Below, piece after piece: positions 12,117 to 23,638 of a stretch of 64,000 nt of DNA (position 1 is the stretch's first letter; each line of letters opens with the position of its first letter). The position numbers and the translations under genes were made by a program. Origin of the DNA: an uncultured Aliarcobacter sp. (GTDB taxonomy: Bacteria; Campylobacterota; Campylobacteria; Campylobacterales; Arcobacteraceae); contig OY781945.1 of the NCBI GenBank assembly GCA_963677435.1, positions 2,496,001 to 2,560,000 of the forward strand, in the 5' to 3' direction. The notes below the pieces were generated by a model that was not told the origin of the DNA, did not search any database, and saw only the letters and a list, made by a program, of their open reading frames with translations.

Positions 12117-13526
12117 ATGAATTTTTATAGTAAAGAGCTATTTTTAGACCAGTTTACACCTGTTTCAATATATGAAAAAGTTAAAAAATTATATGAAAAT
12201 GAAATAACATTTTTATATGAAAGTACAATTAATTCAAGTACAGGGAATCATTCTTATATAGTTATTGGAGATAGAGAAAGAGTTTGGTATGAAAATGGAA
12301 CTTGTTTTTATAAAAATGAAAAACAAGAAGTCTTAGAAGTAGATTCAAATCCTTTGTTTTTTTTAAAAAAATATTATAAAAATTTTGATAAAGAATTTTA
12401 TAAAAACAAATCTTTAGAATTAGGAATTGGTCTAATTGATGGATTTATTGGAAATGTTGGTTATGACATAGGAAAAGAGTTTGAACCAAAACTAAAAAAA
12501 TCAATGAGTTCTTTAGTTGATCAACTACATATTCCTGATTTAGATTTAATAAGACCTAAAATAGTTTTAGGTTTTTCACATAAAACTTCAAAATTAGTAA
12601 TTGTAACTTCAATGCCTGAAAAAGAAAAAGATTTAGAATTAATAGAAAAAGAACTTCTTACTAGCTATGAATTTACGCCTTTGAAAAAAGCTACTTTACT
12701 TGATGAAGGAAAATTTAACTTCTCAAAAGAAGATTTTTTCGAAACAATTAAAAAAGCTAAAGAAAAAATAAAAGCTGGAGATATTTTCCAGATTTTAATT
12801 TCAAATAGATTTATTCAAAAAGCTGTTGTTGATCATCTAAGTTTTTATAGAGCACTAAGAAGTAAAAATCCTAGTCCTTATTTATTTTTACTTCAATTTG
12901 AAAAATTCACAATTGCAGGAAGTTCTCCTGAAGTTATGATTAGATTAATTGATGGACATCTTCTTTTAAGACCAATTGCTGGAACTAGAAAAAGAGGTCG
13001 AACTTTAGAAAAAGACCTTGAGATGGAAAATGAACTAATCAATGATATTAAAGAGCGAGCTGAACACTTAATGCTTGTAGATTTAGGTAGAAATGATGTT
13101 GGAAGAGTAGCTCGACCTGGAACTGTAAAAGTTACAGATTTAATGAGAATTGAAAAATATTCACATGTTATGCATATTGTTTCAGATGTGGAAGCAATCA
13201 TTGATGATAAATATGATATGTTTGATTTATTTATGGCAACTTTCACAGCAGGAACAATGACAGGAGCTCCAAAAATTAGAGCAATGGAATTAATCGCTGA
13301 ATTTGAAGGAATAAAAAGAAACTTCTATTCTGGAAGTATTGCTTATTTTGGTTTTGATGGTAATATGGATAGTGCAATTACAATTAGAACTACAATGCTT
13401 ACAGCTGATACTGTAATCTTCCAAGCAGGAGCTGGTGTTGTTGCTGATTCTAATCCTGATGATGAATACTTAGAAGTTCATAATAAACTAGCAGCAAACA
13501 TTTCTACATTAAAAGATTTATTTTAA
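12117..13526 (+). CDS. trpE: anthranilate synthase component I family protein
   Basis: NPSPY, SSPE, PIAGTRKRG, EHLMLVDLGRND, GAPKIRAM, QAGAGVVADS. A PabB role is not excluded. Confidence 0.85.
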   Translation: MNFYSKELFLDQFTPVSIYEKVKKLYENEITFLYESTINSSTGNHSYIVIGDRERVWYENGTCFYKNEKQEVLEVDSNPLFFLKKYYKNFDKEFYKNKSLELGIGLIDGFIGNVGYDIGKEFEPKLKKSMSSLVDQLHIPDLDLIRPKIVLGFSHKTSKLVIVTSMPEKEKDLELIEKELLTSYEFTPLKKATLLDEGKFNFSKEDFFETIKKAKEKIKAGDIFQILISNRFIQKAVVDHLSFYRALRSKNPSPYLFLLQFEKFTIAGSSPEVMIRLIDGHLLLRPIAGTRKRGRTLEKDLEMENELINDIKERAEHLMLVDLGRNDVGRVARPGTVKVTDLMRIEKYSHVMHIVSDVEAIIDDKYDMFDLFMATFTAGTMTGAPKIRAMELIAEFEGIKRNFYSGSIAYFGFDGNMDSAITIRTTMLTADTVIFQAGAGVVADSNPDDEYLEVHNKLAANISTLKDLF

Positions 13527-13553
13527 TCACAAACTCCCTCAAAGACTTCTTTA

Positions 13554-13596
13554 TTTAATATTGGCTATTATTTCATAGAAAAAAGCCAATATTAAA
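13554..13596. repeat. perfect 13-bp inverted repeat upstream of pdxJ
   Basis: TTTAATATTGGCT-N17-AGCCAATATTAAA. Confidence 0.85.
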
Positions 13597-13605
13597 GGAT
13601 TCAAA

Positions 13606-14391
13606 TTGTTACTTGGTGTAAATATTGATCACATCGCAGTTTTGCGAGAAGCTAGAAAAATAAATGATCCAAATCCTCTTGATGCACTTAGTATTTGCAA
13701 ACTTGCAGGTGCAGATCAAATTACTATTCATTTAAGAGAAGACAGAAGACATATTCATGATAATGACGCTATTGCAATTATTAAACAATCATCACTTCCA
13801 ATTAATTTAGAATGTTCTATAAACAGTGATATTATTGATATTGTTTGTAAATTGAAACCAGCTCGAGCAACACTTGTTCCTGAAAACAGAAATGAAGTTA
13901 CAACTGAGGGTGGACTTGATGTAAAAGGAAATTATGAAAAACTTCAAAAGGTAATAGATAAACTTCATGAAAATGAGATTGAAGTTTCTCTGTTTATTGA
14001 TCCAAATGAAGAGATAATTGAACTTTCAAGCCAACTAGAAGTTGAATTTATAGAACTTCACACTGGAACTTTTGCAAATATTTATGCAATGCTTCATTCA
14101 AATTTAGCTCAAACTCACCATAGTATTAAAGAGTTAGAATTAAGTAAAAATGAGTTGAGAACTAGATTAAATAAATCTATAAAAGAGATTGAAACTTCAT
14201 CAAAATTAGCAAAAAAACTAAGTTTGAAAGTGGCAGCTGGCCATGGATTAAATTATCAAAATGTTACACTAATCTCAAAAATACCTGAAATTGAAGAACT
14301 AAATATTGGGCAAAGTATTATTGCTCGTTCTGTTTTTACTGGTCTAAAAACAGCTATAACTGATATGAAAGAGTTAATAAAAAATGACTGA
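13606..14391 (+). CDS. pdxJ: pyridoxine 5'-phosphate synthase
   Basis: LGVNIDHIAVLR, HLREDRRHI, TTEGGLD, AGHGLNY. Confidence 0.97.
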   Translation: MLLGVNIDHIAVLREARKINDPNPLDALSICKLAGADQITIHLREDRRHIHDNDAIAIIKQSSLPINLECSINSDIIDIVCKLKPARATLVPENRNEVTTEGGLDVKGNYEKLQKVIDKLHENEIEVSLFIDPNEEIIELSSQLEVEFIELHTGTFANIYAMLHSNLAQTHHSIKELELSKNELRTRLNKSIKEIETSSKLAKKLSLKVAAGHGLNYQNVTLISKIPEIEELNIGQSIIARSVFTGLKTAITDMKELIKND

Positions 14392-15319
14392 AATTAAACC
14401 AAAAATTGCAATTAGTATAGGAGATTTAAATGGTATTGGAATTGAAATAGCTTTAAAATGTCATGAAAAAATATCTAAAATTTGCTATCCAATTTATTGT
14501 ATAAATTCAAAAATGCTCAAACATGCTTGTGATGAATTAAAAATGGAAATTCCAAAAGATTTTGAAATTTTTAAAACAAAAGGTGAATTTGAAATAAAAC
14601 CAGGAACAGTTTCTAAAAAAGCAGGAAGATACTCTTATGATTCATTTATGGATGCAATAAATTTAGCTGATAAAAAAGAGGCTGATGCTGTTTGTACACT
14701 TCCAATTAATAAAGAGTCATGGAGTAAAGCTGATATTAAATACAAAGGTCATACGGAAGTATTACGGGATTATTTTGGTAAAAATGCCATTATGATGCTT
14801 GGTTGTAAAAAAATGTTTGTAGGATTATTTACAGAGCATATTCCACTTAAAAAAGTTGCAAAAAAAATAAATGAACAAGATTTAACTACTTTTTTAATTG
14901 ATTTTTATAAAAATGTGAAAAACGATAATATTGCAGTTTTAGGACTTAATCCACATGCCAGTGATAATGGTGTTTTAGGTGATGAAGAAGTTGAAATTTT
15001 TAAAGCAATAAAAAAAGCAAATAAAGCTTTAGAAAAAAATATTTTCAAAGGTCCCCTAGTTCCAGATACAGCATTTTCGCCAGTTTCAAGAAAAAACTAT
15101 AAATATTTTGTAGCTATGTATCATGATCAAGGATTAGCTCCATTAAAAGCTCTTTATTTTGACCAAAGTATAAATGTTAGTTTAAATCTTCCAATAATTA
15201 GAACTTCTGTTGACCATGGAACTGCTTTTAATATTGCATACAAAAATGAAAAAATAAACACAAAAAGTTATGTAAACGCAATAAAAGAAGCAATTATTTT
15301 AATCTCTAACAAAAAATGA
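14384..15319 (+). CDS. pdxA: 4-hydroxythreonine-4-phosphate dehydrogenase
   Basis: GDLNGIG, GHTE, LNPHA, AMYHDQGL, RTSVDHGTAF. Confidence 0.96.
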   Translation: MTEIKPKIAISIGDLNGIGIEIALKCHEKISKICYPIYCINSKMLKHACDELKMEIPKDFEIFKTKGEFEIKPGTVSKKAGRYSYDSFMDAINLADKKEADAVCTLPINKESWSKADIKYKGHTEVLRDYFGKNAIMMLGCKKMFVGLFTEHIPLKKVAKKINEQDLTTFLIDFYKNVKNDNIAVLGLNPHASDNGVLGDEEVEIFKAIKKANKALEKNIFKGPLVPDTAFSPVSRKNYKYFVAMYHDQGLAPLKALYFDQSINVSLNLPIIRTSVDHGTAFNIAYKNEKINTKSYVNAIKEAIILISNKK

Positions 15320-16383
15320 GAACCTTAGAAGCTTGTTATGAAATTAACTTTACAAAAGTTAATTTCATGGAGCGAAAAATCAAAATTACTGAATCAAAAA
15401 CCTTAATAAGTGGCGCTTTCAAGACAGGTAAAAGTTATCTTATTTATGATTTTTTATCTACATTTAAACCAAAAGATTACCTTTATATTGATTTTTCTGA
15501 TTTAAGAAATGATGCTAATGAAGTTAGTAAAAATTTGGAAAGATTCATAAAAATGAATGAGATTTCTGTTTTAGTATTAGAAAACTTTGATTTTAGTTTT
15601 GAACTTCCACCTTGTGAAAATATTATTATTTCTACTAAAACACCAATTAGTTTAAAAGGATTTAAAAATATAATAATTTCTGCTTTAGATTTTGAAGAGT
15701 ATTTATTGCATGATAATAGACACCAAAATATCACCCAAAGTTTTAATAGTTTTCTAAAATTCGGAAATATTCCTGAATTAATAAATTATGAAGATCATAA
15801 AAAAATAAATCGTTTACAAGAGATAATTGAACTACAATGTAAAGATGAAACTCAATATGAGATTTTTAAAATCTTAATTGAAAATATAGATGAGAAGAAG
15901 TCTCTTTTTCAACTATTTAATAACTTGAAATCTAAAATCAAAATATCTAAAGATAAATTTTATGAAACTTGCAAATTATATGAAAATAATAAATCTATCT
16001 ATTTTTTACAAAAGTATAATCAAGAAAAATCTGTAAAAAAAATATATTGTTACAATCACTCTTTTTTAAATGCAATTTCACATGTAAAAAAGTTTAAAAA
16101 TGAGTTTTCAAATATGATTTTTTTAGAATTGGTAAACAAGTACAAAGATATATATTATTTAGATAATATTGATTTTTATATTAAATCAAAAAATATTGCA
16201 ATAATTCCTATTCCATTTTTTAATAGATTTTTAATGAATAATGCTCTAAAAAAGATAATAAAAAGTGCCCATGAATTTGAAATAACTGAGATTAATATCA
16301 TTTCAATTTCAAACAATGAGAAAATTTCTGATCCAAAACTAAAAATTAATATAATTCCATTTTATGAATGGGCATTAAGCTAA
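15316..16383 (+). CDS. AAA-family ATP-binding protein (AAA_14/DUF4143-like)
   Basis: Walker A-like GAFKTGKS, LDFEEYL, KKIY, C-terminal IPFYEW. Confidence 0.7.
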   Translation: MRTLEACYEINFTKVNFMERKIKITESKTLISGAFKTGKSYLIYDFLSTFKPKDYLYIDFSDLRNDANEVSKNLERFIKMNEISVLVLENFDFSFELPPCENIIISTKTPISLKGFKNIIISALDFEEYLLHDNRHQNITQSFNSFLKFGNIPELINYEDHKKINRLQEIIELQCKDETQYEIFKILIENIDEKKSLFQLFNNLKSKIKISKDKFYETCKLYENNKSIYFLQKYNQEKSVKKIYCYNHSFLNAISHVKKFKNEFSNMIFLELVNKYKDIYYLDNIDFYIKSKNIAIIPIPFFNRFLMNNALKKIIKSAHEFEITEINIISISNNEKISDPKLKINIIPFYEWALS

Positions 16384-17145
<762 letters not shown>

Positions 17146-17176
17146 TATTAAATTAATACCAAAAGGAATAGTTTAC

Positions 17177-17392
17177 ATGAGATTAGAAGAAAGAATATCA
17201 AAAGCTTTAAAACAAGTAGATAATGACAGATATATTTTAGCAATTGCTGTTGGTCAAAGAGCTGACGAATTAAGTAAAGGTGCTAAGCCATTATTAGAGC
17301 AAAATACTCAAAAAATGAAATACACAGATATTGCAATTGATGAAATCGCAAGTGGTTTATTAAGAATCGAAGGTTTTGTAGACAAAAAATAG
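17177..17392 (+). CDS. rpoZ: RNA polymerase omega subunit
   Basis: DRYILA...RADEL..GAKPL; lies between pyrH and spoT. Confidence 0.93.
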   Translation: MRLEERISKALKQVDNDRYILAIAVGQRADELSKGAKPLLEQNTQKMKYTDIAIDEIASGLLRIEGFVDKK

Positions 17393-17429
17393 AGATAAGT
17401 TTGAAAACTTACCTCTAGGTCTTAATTAT

Positions 17430-19574
17430 ATGGATCCATTTATCAAAGAAATTCAACAAATAAACACTGTTGAAGATGCAATTAACAAACTTAATACTCA
17501 AACAGAAATATCTCCAAAACTCAATGATATAATTAACTTTATTATAGAGGCCCATGAAGGTCAATATAGAAAAAGTGGAGAACCATATTGTGTTCATCCG
17601 ATATTAGTAGCTTCAATTACTGCACATTTTTCAAAAGATGAAGCAATAATAGCAACGGCCTTATTACATGATGTAGTAGAAGATACAAAATACTCTTTAG
17701 ATTATATAAAAGAAACATGGGGAAATGACATTGCTCATATGGTTGATGGTTTAACTAAAATTGTTGAAATCAGAGAACATGAATTTATTTCATCAAATGA
17801 TGCAAGTGATTCAAAAATAATATCTTCAGCATTAACTTTTAGAAAAATGCTAATTGCTTCAATTGATGATGTTAGAGTTTTAATTGTTAAACTATGTGAC
17901 AGATTACATAATATGTTAACATTAAGTGTTCTACCAGCTAATAAACAAAAAAGAATCGCAGAAGAGACTCTTGTTGTTTATGTTCCAATTGCAAATAGAT
18001 TAGGGATATCAACTTTAAAAAATACCTTAGAAGATTTGGCATTTTTCTATATTTATCCAAATGAATATATAAAAATCGACAACTTTTTAAAAGAACAACA
18101 ACATGCAATGCAGTTGACTTTTAATACATTTATATCAACAACAAAAAATCTATTAGAGAAAAATGGTTATGATTTAAGTAAAATTAAAATTTATAGCCGT
18201 ATTAAACATCATTATTCAATTTATCTAAAAATGCAAAGAAAAGGAATATCTATTGAAGAAGTTCTAGATTTATTTGCAATTAGAATTTTAGTTGAAGATG
18301 ATATAGATTGTTACAAAGTTCTAGGATATATGCACTTAGAATTTAAACCTTTGATTTCAAGATTTAAAGATTATGTTGCAACTCCAAAAGAAAATGGTTA
18401 TCAAACAATTCATACAACTGTTTTTTACAATTCAAAAATTTATGAAATTCAAATAAGATCTTTTGAAATGAATAAAATTGCAGAATTTGGAATTGCTGCA
18501 CACTGGAAATATAAAACAGGTGTAAAAAATACAACAAATCTTAATTGGTTAAAATCTTTAGAGTTTTCAAATGAAAATGTTGAAGAATTTTATCAAGATG
18601 CAAAAGATAATTTATATACACAAGAAATGATAATTTATTCACCAAAAGGTGAAGTTTTCACTCTTCCTGTTGGCTCAACTGCTTATGATTTTGCATTTGC
18701 AGTTCACACTAATATTGGTAAGCGTGCAGTTTCATGTTATATTAATAAAATAAAAAAACCTCTTTTAACTGAATTAAAAAGTACTGATATTGTTTCAATA
18801 GAATTAGGTGCAGATACAGTTGTTAGATGTTCTTGGATGGATATGGTAAAAACTTCAAGAGCAAAGAAACAGATTAAATTATTGTGTGCACATAGACAAA
18901 AAGAGATAGATGAATTATCAGGAAAAAACATTATAAATACAGTATTTTCAAGATATTCAGATGAAATTACAAAAATTTATCCAATTGAATCACCATTTAA
19001 AATACCTCAAATTTTAGATTTTTTCAAACATACAAAACAAACTATAGAGAAAAAAATCATTAGTCATAAAGGTTTAATGACAAGATTTAAAATTTTTACT
19101 AGTAAAATTAAAGAATCTAAGTTTGATAATATTCTAATATATTCAAATTTCAGTATAAGTTCTGTATCATTTGACCATTGTTGTCATCCAAAGTTTGGAG
19201 ATGATATTGTTGCGTTTAAAAATGGAAATGAAGCTATAATTCATCACAAAATGTGTGATAAAGCCTACGATAAAATTAAAACAAATCAACAAATGCTTTT
19301 TTGTAAGTGGACAAAAGATACAGTTTATCAATACAAAATGGTAATAAGTATTCCAAATACAAAAGGTGAATTAGCAAAAGTATTAACATATATGGCAGGT
19401 TATGAGTTTTATATATTAGGTGTGGAATTTGGAAGACAAATGCACTCATATATACAATATTGTTATATTGAATTTGAAATAAATAAATCAAATATAGATG
19501 AAGTTAGAAAAATAATAGAAAAAAAAGTAAAAGTTATAGAATTTTATTCAAAAAAAGATGCTTATAACAAATAA
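17430..19574 (+). CDS. spoT: bifunctional (p)ppGpp synthetase/hydrolase
   Basis: HEGQYRKSGEPY, LLHDVVED, DRLHNM, KENGYQTIHT, GIAAHWKYK, TGS domain. Confidence 0.97.
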   Translation: MDPFIKEIQQINTVEDAINKLNTQTEISPKLNDIINFIIEAHEGQYRKSGEPYCVHPILVASITAHFSKDEAIIATALLHDVVEDTKYSLDYIKETWGNDIAHMVDGLTKIVEIREHEFISSNDASDSKIISSALTFRKMLIASIDDVRVLIVKLCDRLHNMLTLSVLPANKQKRIAEETLVVYVPIANRLGISTLKNTLEDLAFFYIYPNEYIKIDNFLKEQQHAMQLTFNTFISTTKNLLEKNGYDLSKIKIYSRIKHHYSIYLKMQRKGISIEEVLDLFAIRILVEDDIDCYKVLGYMHLEFKPLISRFKDYVATPKENGYQTIHTTVFYNSKIYEIQIRSFEMNKIAEFGIAAHWKYKTGVKNTTNLNWLKSLEFSNENVEEFYQDAKDNLYTQEMIIYSPKGEVFTLPVGSTAYDFAFAVHTNIGKRAVSCYINKIKKPLLTELKSTDIVSIELGADTVVRCSWMDMVKTSRAKKQIKLLCAHRQKEIDELSGKNIINTVFSRYSDEITKIYPIESPFKIPQILDFFKHTKQTIEKKIISHKGLMTRFKIFTSKIKESKFDNILIYSNFSISSVSFDHCCHPKFGDDIVAFKNGNEAIIHHKMCDKAYDKIKTNQQMLFCKWTKDTVYQYKMVISIPNTKGELAKVLTYMAGYEFYILGVEFGRQMHSYIQYCYIEFEINKSNIDEVRKIIEKKVKVIEFYSKKDAYNK

Positions 19575-19587
19575 AGGGTAAAAATTA

Positions 19588-20796
19588 ATGGAAAAAAAAG
19601 TTCAAGAGGCATTAGAAGAGATAAAAAGAGGAACCTCTGAAATTATCGACATTGAAGCAATAGAAAAACTTGTTAAAAGATATTTTGAAACTGGTGAAAA
19701 TTTTTATGTAAAAGCTGGATTTGATCCAACTGCTCCTGATTTACATTTAGGTCACACAGTTCTTATTCAAAAACTTGCAACTTTTCAAAAGTTTGGAGGA
19801 ATTGTTCAATTTTTAATTGGAGATTTCACAGCAACTATTGGAGATCCAACAGGTAAAAGTGAAACAAGAAAAGTTTTAACTGAAGATGATGTTCAAAAAA
19901 ATGCAGTTTCATATAAAGAACAAGTTTTCAAAATATTAGATGAATCAAAAACACAAGTTATGTTTAATTCAGCTTGGTTAAAAGAGTTAGGAACGGGTGG
20001 ATTAATTTCATTGGCTTCAAACTTAACGGTTGCTAGAATGTTAGAACGAGATGATTTTTCAAAAAGATATGCATCAAATACTCCAATTGCTTTAAGTGAA
20101 TTTACTTATCCTTTATTACAAGGTTATGATTCAGTTGCTATGAATACAGATATAGAGCTTGGTGGAACAGACCAAAAATTCAACCTTTTAATGGGAAGAA
20201 CTTTACAAAAAGCATATAACTGTAAAAAACAACAAGCAGTTTTAATGATGCCAATTCTAGAAGGTTTAGATGGTGTTCAAAAAATGTCTAAATCATTAGG
20301 TAATTATATTGGTGTTACAGATGAATCTTTTGATATGTTTGGAAAAATTCTATCAATTTCAGATGAATTAATGTGGAGATATTTTGAATTATTATCATCA
20401 AAATCTTTAAAAGAGATTGATGAAATTAAAGAAGGTGTAAAAAATGAAACTTTACATCCTAAAAAAGTAAAAGAATCTCTTGCTATGGAAATTGTTGAAA
20501 GATTTCATGGTAATGGTGAAGGGCAAAAAGCTAAAGAAGAATTCGAAAGAGTATTTGCAAAAAAAGATATCCCAACAGATATGCCTGAATTTACATTTGA
20601 GGCTCCTATTTGGATTTGCCAAGCTTTAGTTGATAGTAAATTAGTTGAGTCAACTTCACAAGCAAGAAGAGATATAAAAGCAAATGCGGTGTCAATTAAT
20701 CAAGAAAAAATAGATGATGATAAATTAAATCTACAAAATGGTGAATATATTTTACAAAAAGGTAAAAAAAATTTCGCTAAGATAGTAATAAAATAG
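19588..20796 (+). CDS. tyrS: tyrosine--tRNA ligase
   Basis: [24 protein letters not shown]-terminal S4 domain. Confidence 0.98.
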   Translation: MEKKVQEALEEIKRGTSEIIDIEAIEKLVKRYFETGENFYVKAGFDPTAPDLHLGHTVLIQKLATFQKFGGIVQFLIGDFTATIGDPTGKSETRKVLTEDDVQKNAVSYKEQVFKILDESKTQVMFNSAWLKELGTGGLISLASNLTVARMLERDDFSKRYASNTPIALSEFTYPLLQGYDSVAMNTDIELGGTDQKFNLLMGRTLQKAYNCKKQQAVLMMPILEGLDGVQKMSKSLGNYIGVTDESFDMFGKILSISDELMWRYFELLSSKSLKEIDEIKEGVKNETLHPKKVKESLAMEIVERFHGNGEGQKAKEEFERVFAKKDIPTDMPEFTFEAPIWICQALVDSKLVESTSQARRDIKANAVSINQEKIDDDKLNLQNGEYILQKGKKNFAKIVIK

Positions 20797-20807
20797 AAAG
20801 GCTAGTT

Positions 20808-21887
20808 GTGAAAATAGGAAAGTATGAGATTAAGCATCCAATTATTCAAGGTGGAATGGGTGTAGGAATTAGTTGGGATCAATTAGCAGGTAATGTAAGT
20901 TTAGAAGGTGGACTAGGTGTTATTTCTGCCGTTGGTACTGGTTATTATAAAAATAAAAGTGAAAATATTCATATAGTTACAAAAAAAGATAAACCAAAAG
21001 ATGTTGCAAATTTTTATAGTAGAGATTCACTTTTCGAAATAGTTGCAAATGCAAGAAAAATTTGTGGTGATGCGCCAATTGCTTGTAATGTTTTATATGC
21101 AATAAATGATTATGGAAGAGTTGTAAGAGATGCTTGTGAAGCAGGTGCAAATATTATAATTACAGGTGCGGGATTACCTACAAATATGCCTGAATTTACA
21201 AAAGATTTTCCTGATGTTGCATTAGTTCCAATTGTTTCAAGTGCAAGAGCATTAAAATTAATTTGTAAAAAATGGAAAAGATACAATAAACTTCCAGATG
21301 CAATAATTGTTGAAGGTCCTTTAAGTGGTGGACATCAAGGATTTACATATGAACAATGTACGCAAGAAGAGTTTCAATTAGAGAATATTATTGGTCCAGT
21401 TATTGAAGAAGCTAAAGAGTGGGGAGATATTCCAATTATTGCTGCTGGTGGTGTTTGGGATAAAAAAGATATTGATAAATTTTTAGCAATGGGTTGTTCT
21501 GGTGTTCAAATGGCAACTAGATTTATAGGAACTTTTGAATGTGATGCTGATGCAAACTTTAAAAATGTATTATTAAACTCTAAAGCTGAAGATATTCAAT
21601 TAATGAAATCTCCTGTTGGTCTTCCTGCTCGTGGAGTTATGACTAATTTACAATTTTCAATTGAAAATAAAACAGCTCCAAAAGTTCAATGTATTTCAAA
21701 CTGTGTAGCACCTTGTAATAGAGGTCATGAAGCTAAAATTGTTGGTTATTGTATTGCAGATAGATTAGGTGCTGCATATAAAGGTGATTTAGATACTGGT
21801 TTATTTTTTTCAGGTTCAAACGGATATAGAATTGAAAAAATTATCTCTGTAAAAGAACTAATGGAAAAATTAACACAAGGAGAATAA
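20808..21887 (+). CDS. nitronate monooxygenase / FabK-FabX-like flavoprotein
   Basis: PIIQGGMGVG, SGGHQG, GVQMATRF, Cys cluster CISNCVAPC...YCI. Confidence 0.85.
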   Translation: MKIGKYEIKHPIIQGGMGVGISWDQLAGNVSLEGGLGVISAVGTGYYKNKSENIHIVTKKDKPKDVANFYSRDSLFEIVANARKICGDAPIACNVLYAINDYGRVVRDACEAGANIIITGAGLPTNMPEFTKDFPDVALVPIVSSARALKLICKKWKRYNKLPDAIIVEGPLSGGHQGFTYEQCTQEEFQLENIIGPVIEEAKEWGDIPIIAAGGVWDKKDIDKFLAMGCSGVQMATRFIGTFECDADANFKNVLLNSKAEDIQLMKSPVGLPARGVMTNLQFSIENKTAPKVQCISNCVAPCNRGHEAKIVGYCIADRLGAAYKGDLDTGLFFSGSNGYRIEKIISVKELMEKLTQGE

Positions 21888-21889
21888 AA

Positions 21890-23638
21890 ATTTTAAAAAA
21901 ATTTTTTATTCTAATCATTCTAACTTTTAATCTACTAATTGCAGCTGATTCAATTAGTAGCTTAAATCAACAATATCGTTCATCTAAAATGGATTATCTA
22001 AAAGCTGTAATGAGAAAAGATGAACAATCAAAAATTGATGCTCTAAAAGAGATAATTGATATTGGTGAAAAACTTGGTAAAAATGTCACTCCTGATAAAA
22101 AGAAATTAGAAATATTATCAAAAAGACTAGAGAAAACAACTAGTGCTCAAAGCAATTCATCATCTAATAATAAGCTTTTCTCAATAAATTCTGTTTACAC
22201 TTCAGATAATAGTATTATTATTGATTTTAATGTAGATATTGACTCAAAGGATATAAAATTCTTTGAATTAAAACAGAGTAATTTATTTAGAGATGTTTAT
22301 GACATTAATGGATATTTTAAAGATGCAATTCCAACCAAGTTACAGATTGCAGGTGTTGATAGAATTACATTAGGACAATTTAAACCAGATGTATTAAGAG
22401 TAGTATTTTCACATAATAAAAATCTACCTACTTCTTATAAAGTAAGTAAAAGACAAATTATAATTTCAGTTGACAGTTTAGAAAAAACTCAAGAAAAAGC
22501 TCCTGAAATAAAAAAAGAAGAGATTAAACCAAAATTTGAACCAGTTAATGTTGATACACAGAATTCAATTCGTTCTATTGATACTTACGAAAATAAAATT
22601 ATTGTTAAATTTAATAAAAATTATTCAAAAAAAGATATAAATCAATTTTCAAAGAAAAATGGAAATAAGTATGAATATACTTTTGATATTGCAGGGAAAT
22701 ATAAATATACTGGTCCTACAAAATTAAAAATTGATAATATAGATAGAATTCTAGTTACCGATGATAAAGATAATGTTCGAATAAAAATATCTAATGATAA
22801 TAATCCAAAAATTACATATGCTCTTTCTTCAAGAGAGTTAAGCATAGATATTATTGCTACAGCAAGTGAGAAATCTAATAATACGAAAGAACCAGAAAAA
22901 AACACTATTCCAGAAGCACTTCCTGCAGTTGTAGCAAAACAAGTAACATCTATTAGAAGAAATAAAACCATTGTTCTTGACGCAGGACATGGGGGAGAAG
23001 ATGCTGGAGCCGTTGGACCTAATAAAAGGTATGAAAAAGTTATAAATTTAAATGTTACAAAATATTTAGCAGCAATTTTAAAACAAAGAGGTTATAAAGT
23101 TTATCTCACAAGAAGTAAAGATATATTTATAAAAGTAATGGAAAGAACTGTTTTGGCCAATGAAAAAGATGCTGACTTGTTTATGTCAATACATACAAAT
23201 GCTGTTCCTAAAGAAAAAGCTAATGAAGTTGATGGTATAGAAACATTTTTCTTAAGTCCAGCAAGGGAAGAAAGAGCAAAAAGAGTTGCGGCACTTGAAA
23301 ATAAATCAGATATTAGAGAAATGAGTGCCTCTTCAAAAGATGTATTCTTAGAATCATTAAATCGTCCAAGAATCACAGCATCTCATAAATTTGCAATAGA
23401 TGTTCAAGCGGGTATTTTACAATCAGCTAGAAGTAAATATAAAGATGTACAAGATTCAGGGGTAAGAGAAGGACCATTTTGGGTACTTGTAGGTGCGCAG
23501 ATGCCTTCAATTTTGGTTGAGTTAGGATATATTACACATCCAGTTGAAGGGAAAAGATTGTATGATAAAAGTTATCAACAACTATTAGCAAATGGAATTG
23601 CTAATGGTGTAGATTCTTATTTTTCAAAAAATCCTTAA
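21890..23638 (+). CDS. amiA: N-acetylmuramoyl-L-alanine amidase with AMIN-like domains (probable ATT start)
   Basis: LDAGHGGED, SIHTNA, PSILVELGY. The frame is open upstream of ATG 21989 to an RBS-preceded ATT at 21890, which adds a signal peptide. Confidence 0.9.
   Translation: MLKKFFILIILTFNLLIAADSISSLNQQYRSSKMDYLKAVMRKDEQSKIDALKEIIDIGEKLGKNVTPDKKKLEILSKRLEKTTSAQSNSSSNNKLFSINSVYTSDNSIIIDFNVDIDSKDIKFFELKQSNLFRDVYDINGYFKDAIPTKLQIAGVDRITLGQFKPDVLRVVFSHNKNLPTSYKVSKRQIIISVDSLEKTQEKAPEIKKEEIKPKFEPVNVDTQNSIRSIDTYENKIIVKFNKNYSKKDINQFSKKNGNKYEYTFDIAGKYKYTGPTKLKIDNIDRILVTDDKDNVRIKISNDNNPKITYALSSRELSIDIIATASEKSNNTKEPEKNTIPEALPAVVAKQVTSIRRNKTIVLDAGHGGEDAGAVGPNKRYEKVINLNVTKYLAAILKQRGYKVYLTRSKDIFIKVMERTVLANEKDADLFMSIHTNAVPKEKANEVDGIETFFLSPAREERAKRVAALENKSDIREMSASSKDVFLESLNRPRITASHKFAIDVQAGILQSARSKYKDVQDSGVREGPFWVLVGAQMPSILVELGYITHPVEGKRLYDKSYQQLLANGIANGVDSYFSKNP

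Noticed and set aside
15316..16383. AAA/DUF4143-like ATPase as a defence gene
   Set aside because: Embedded in a housekeeping run (ATGA overlap with pdxA, followed by pyrH) with no partner gene.
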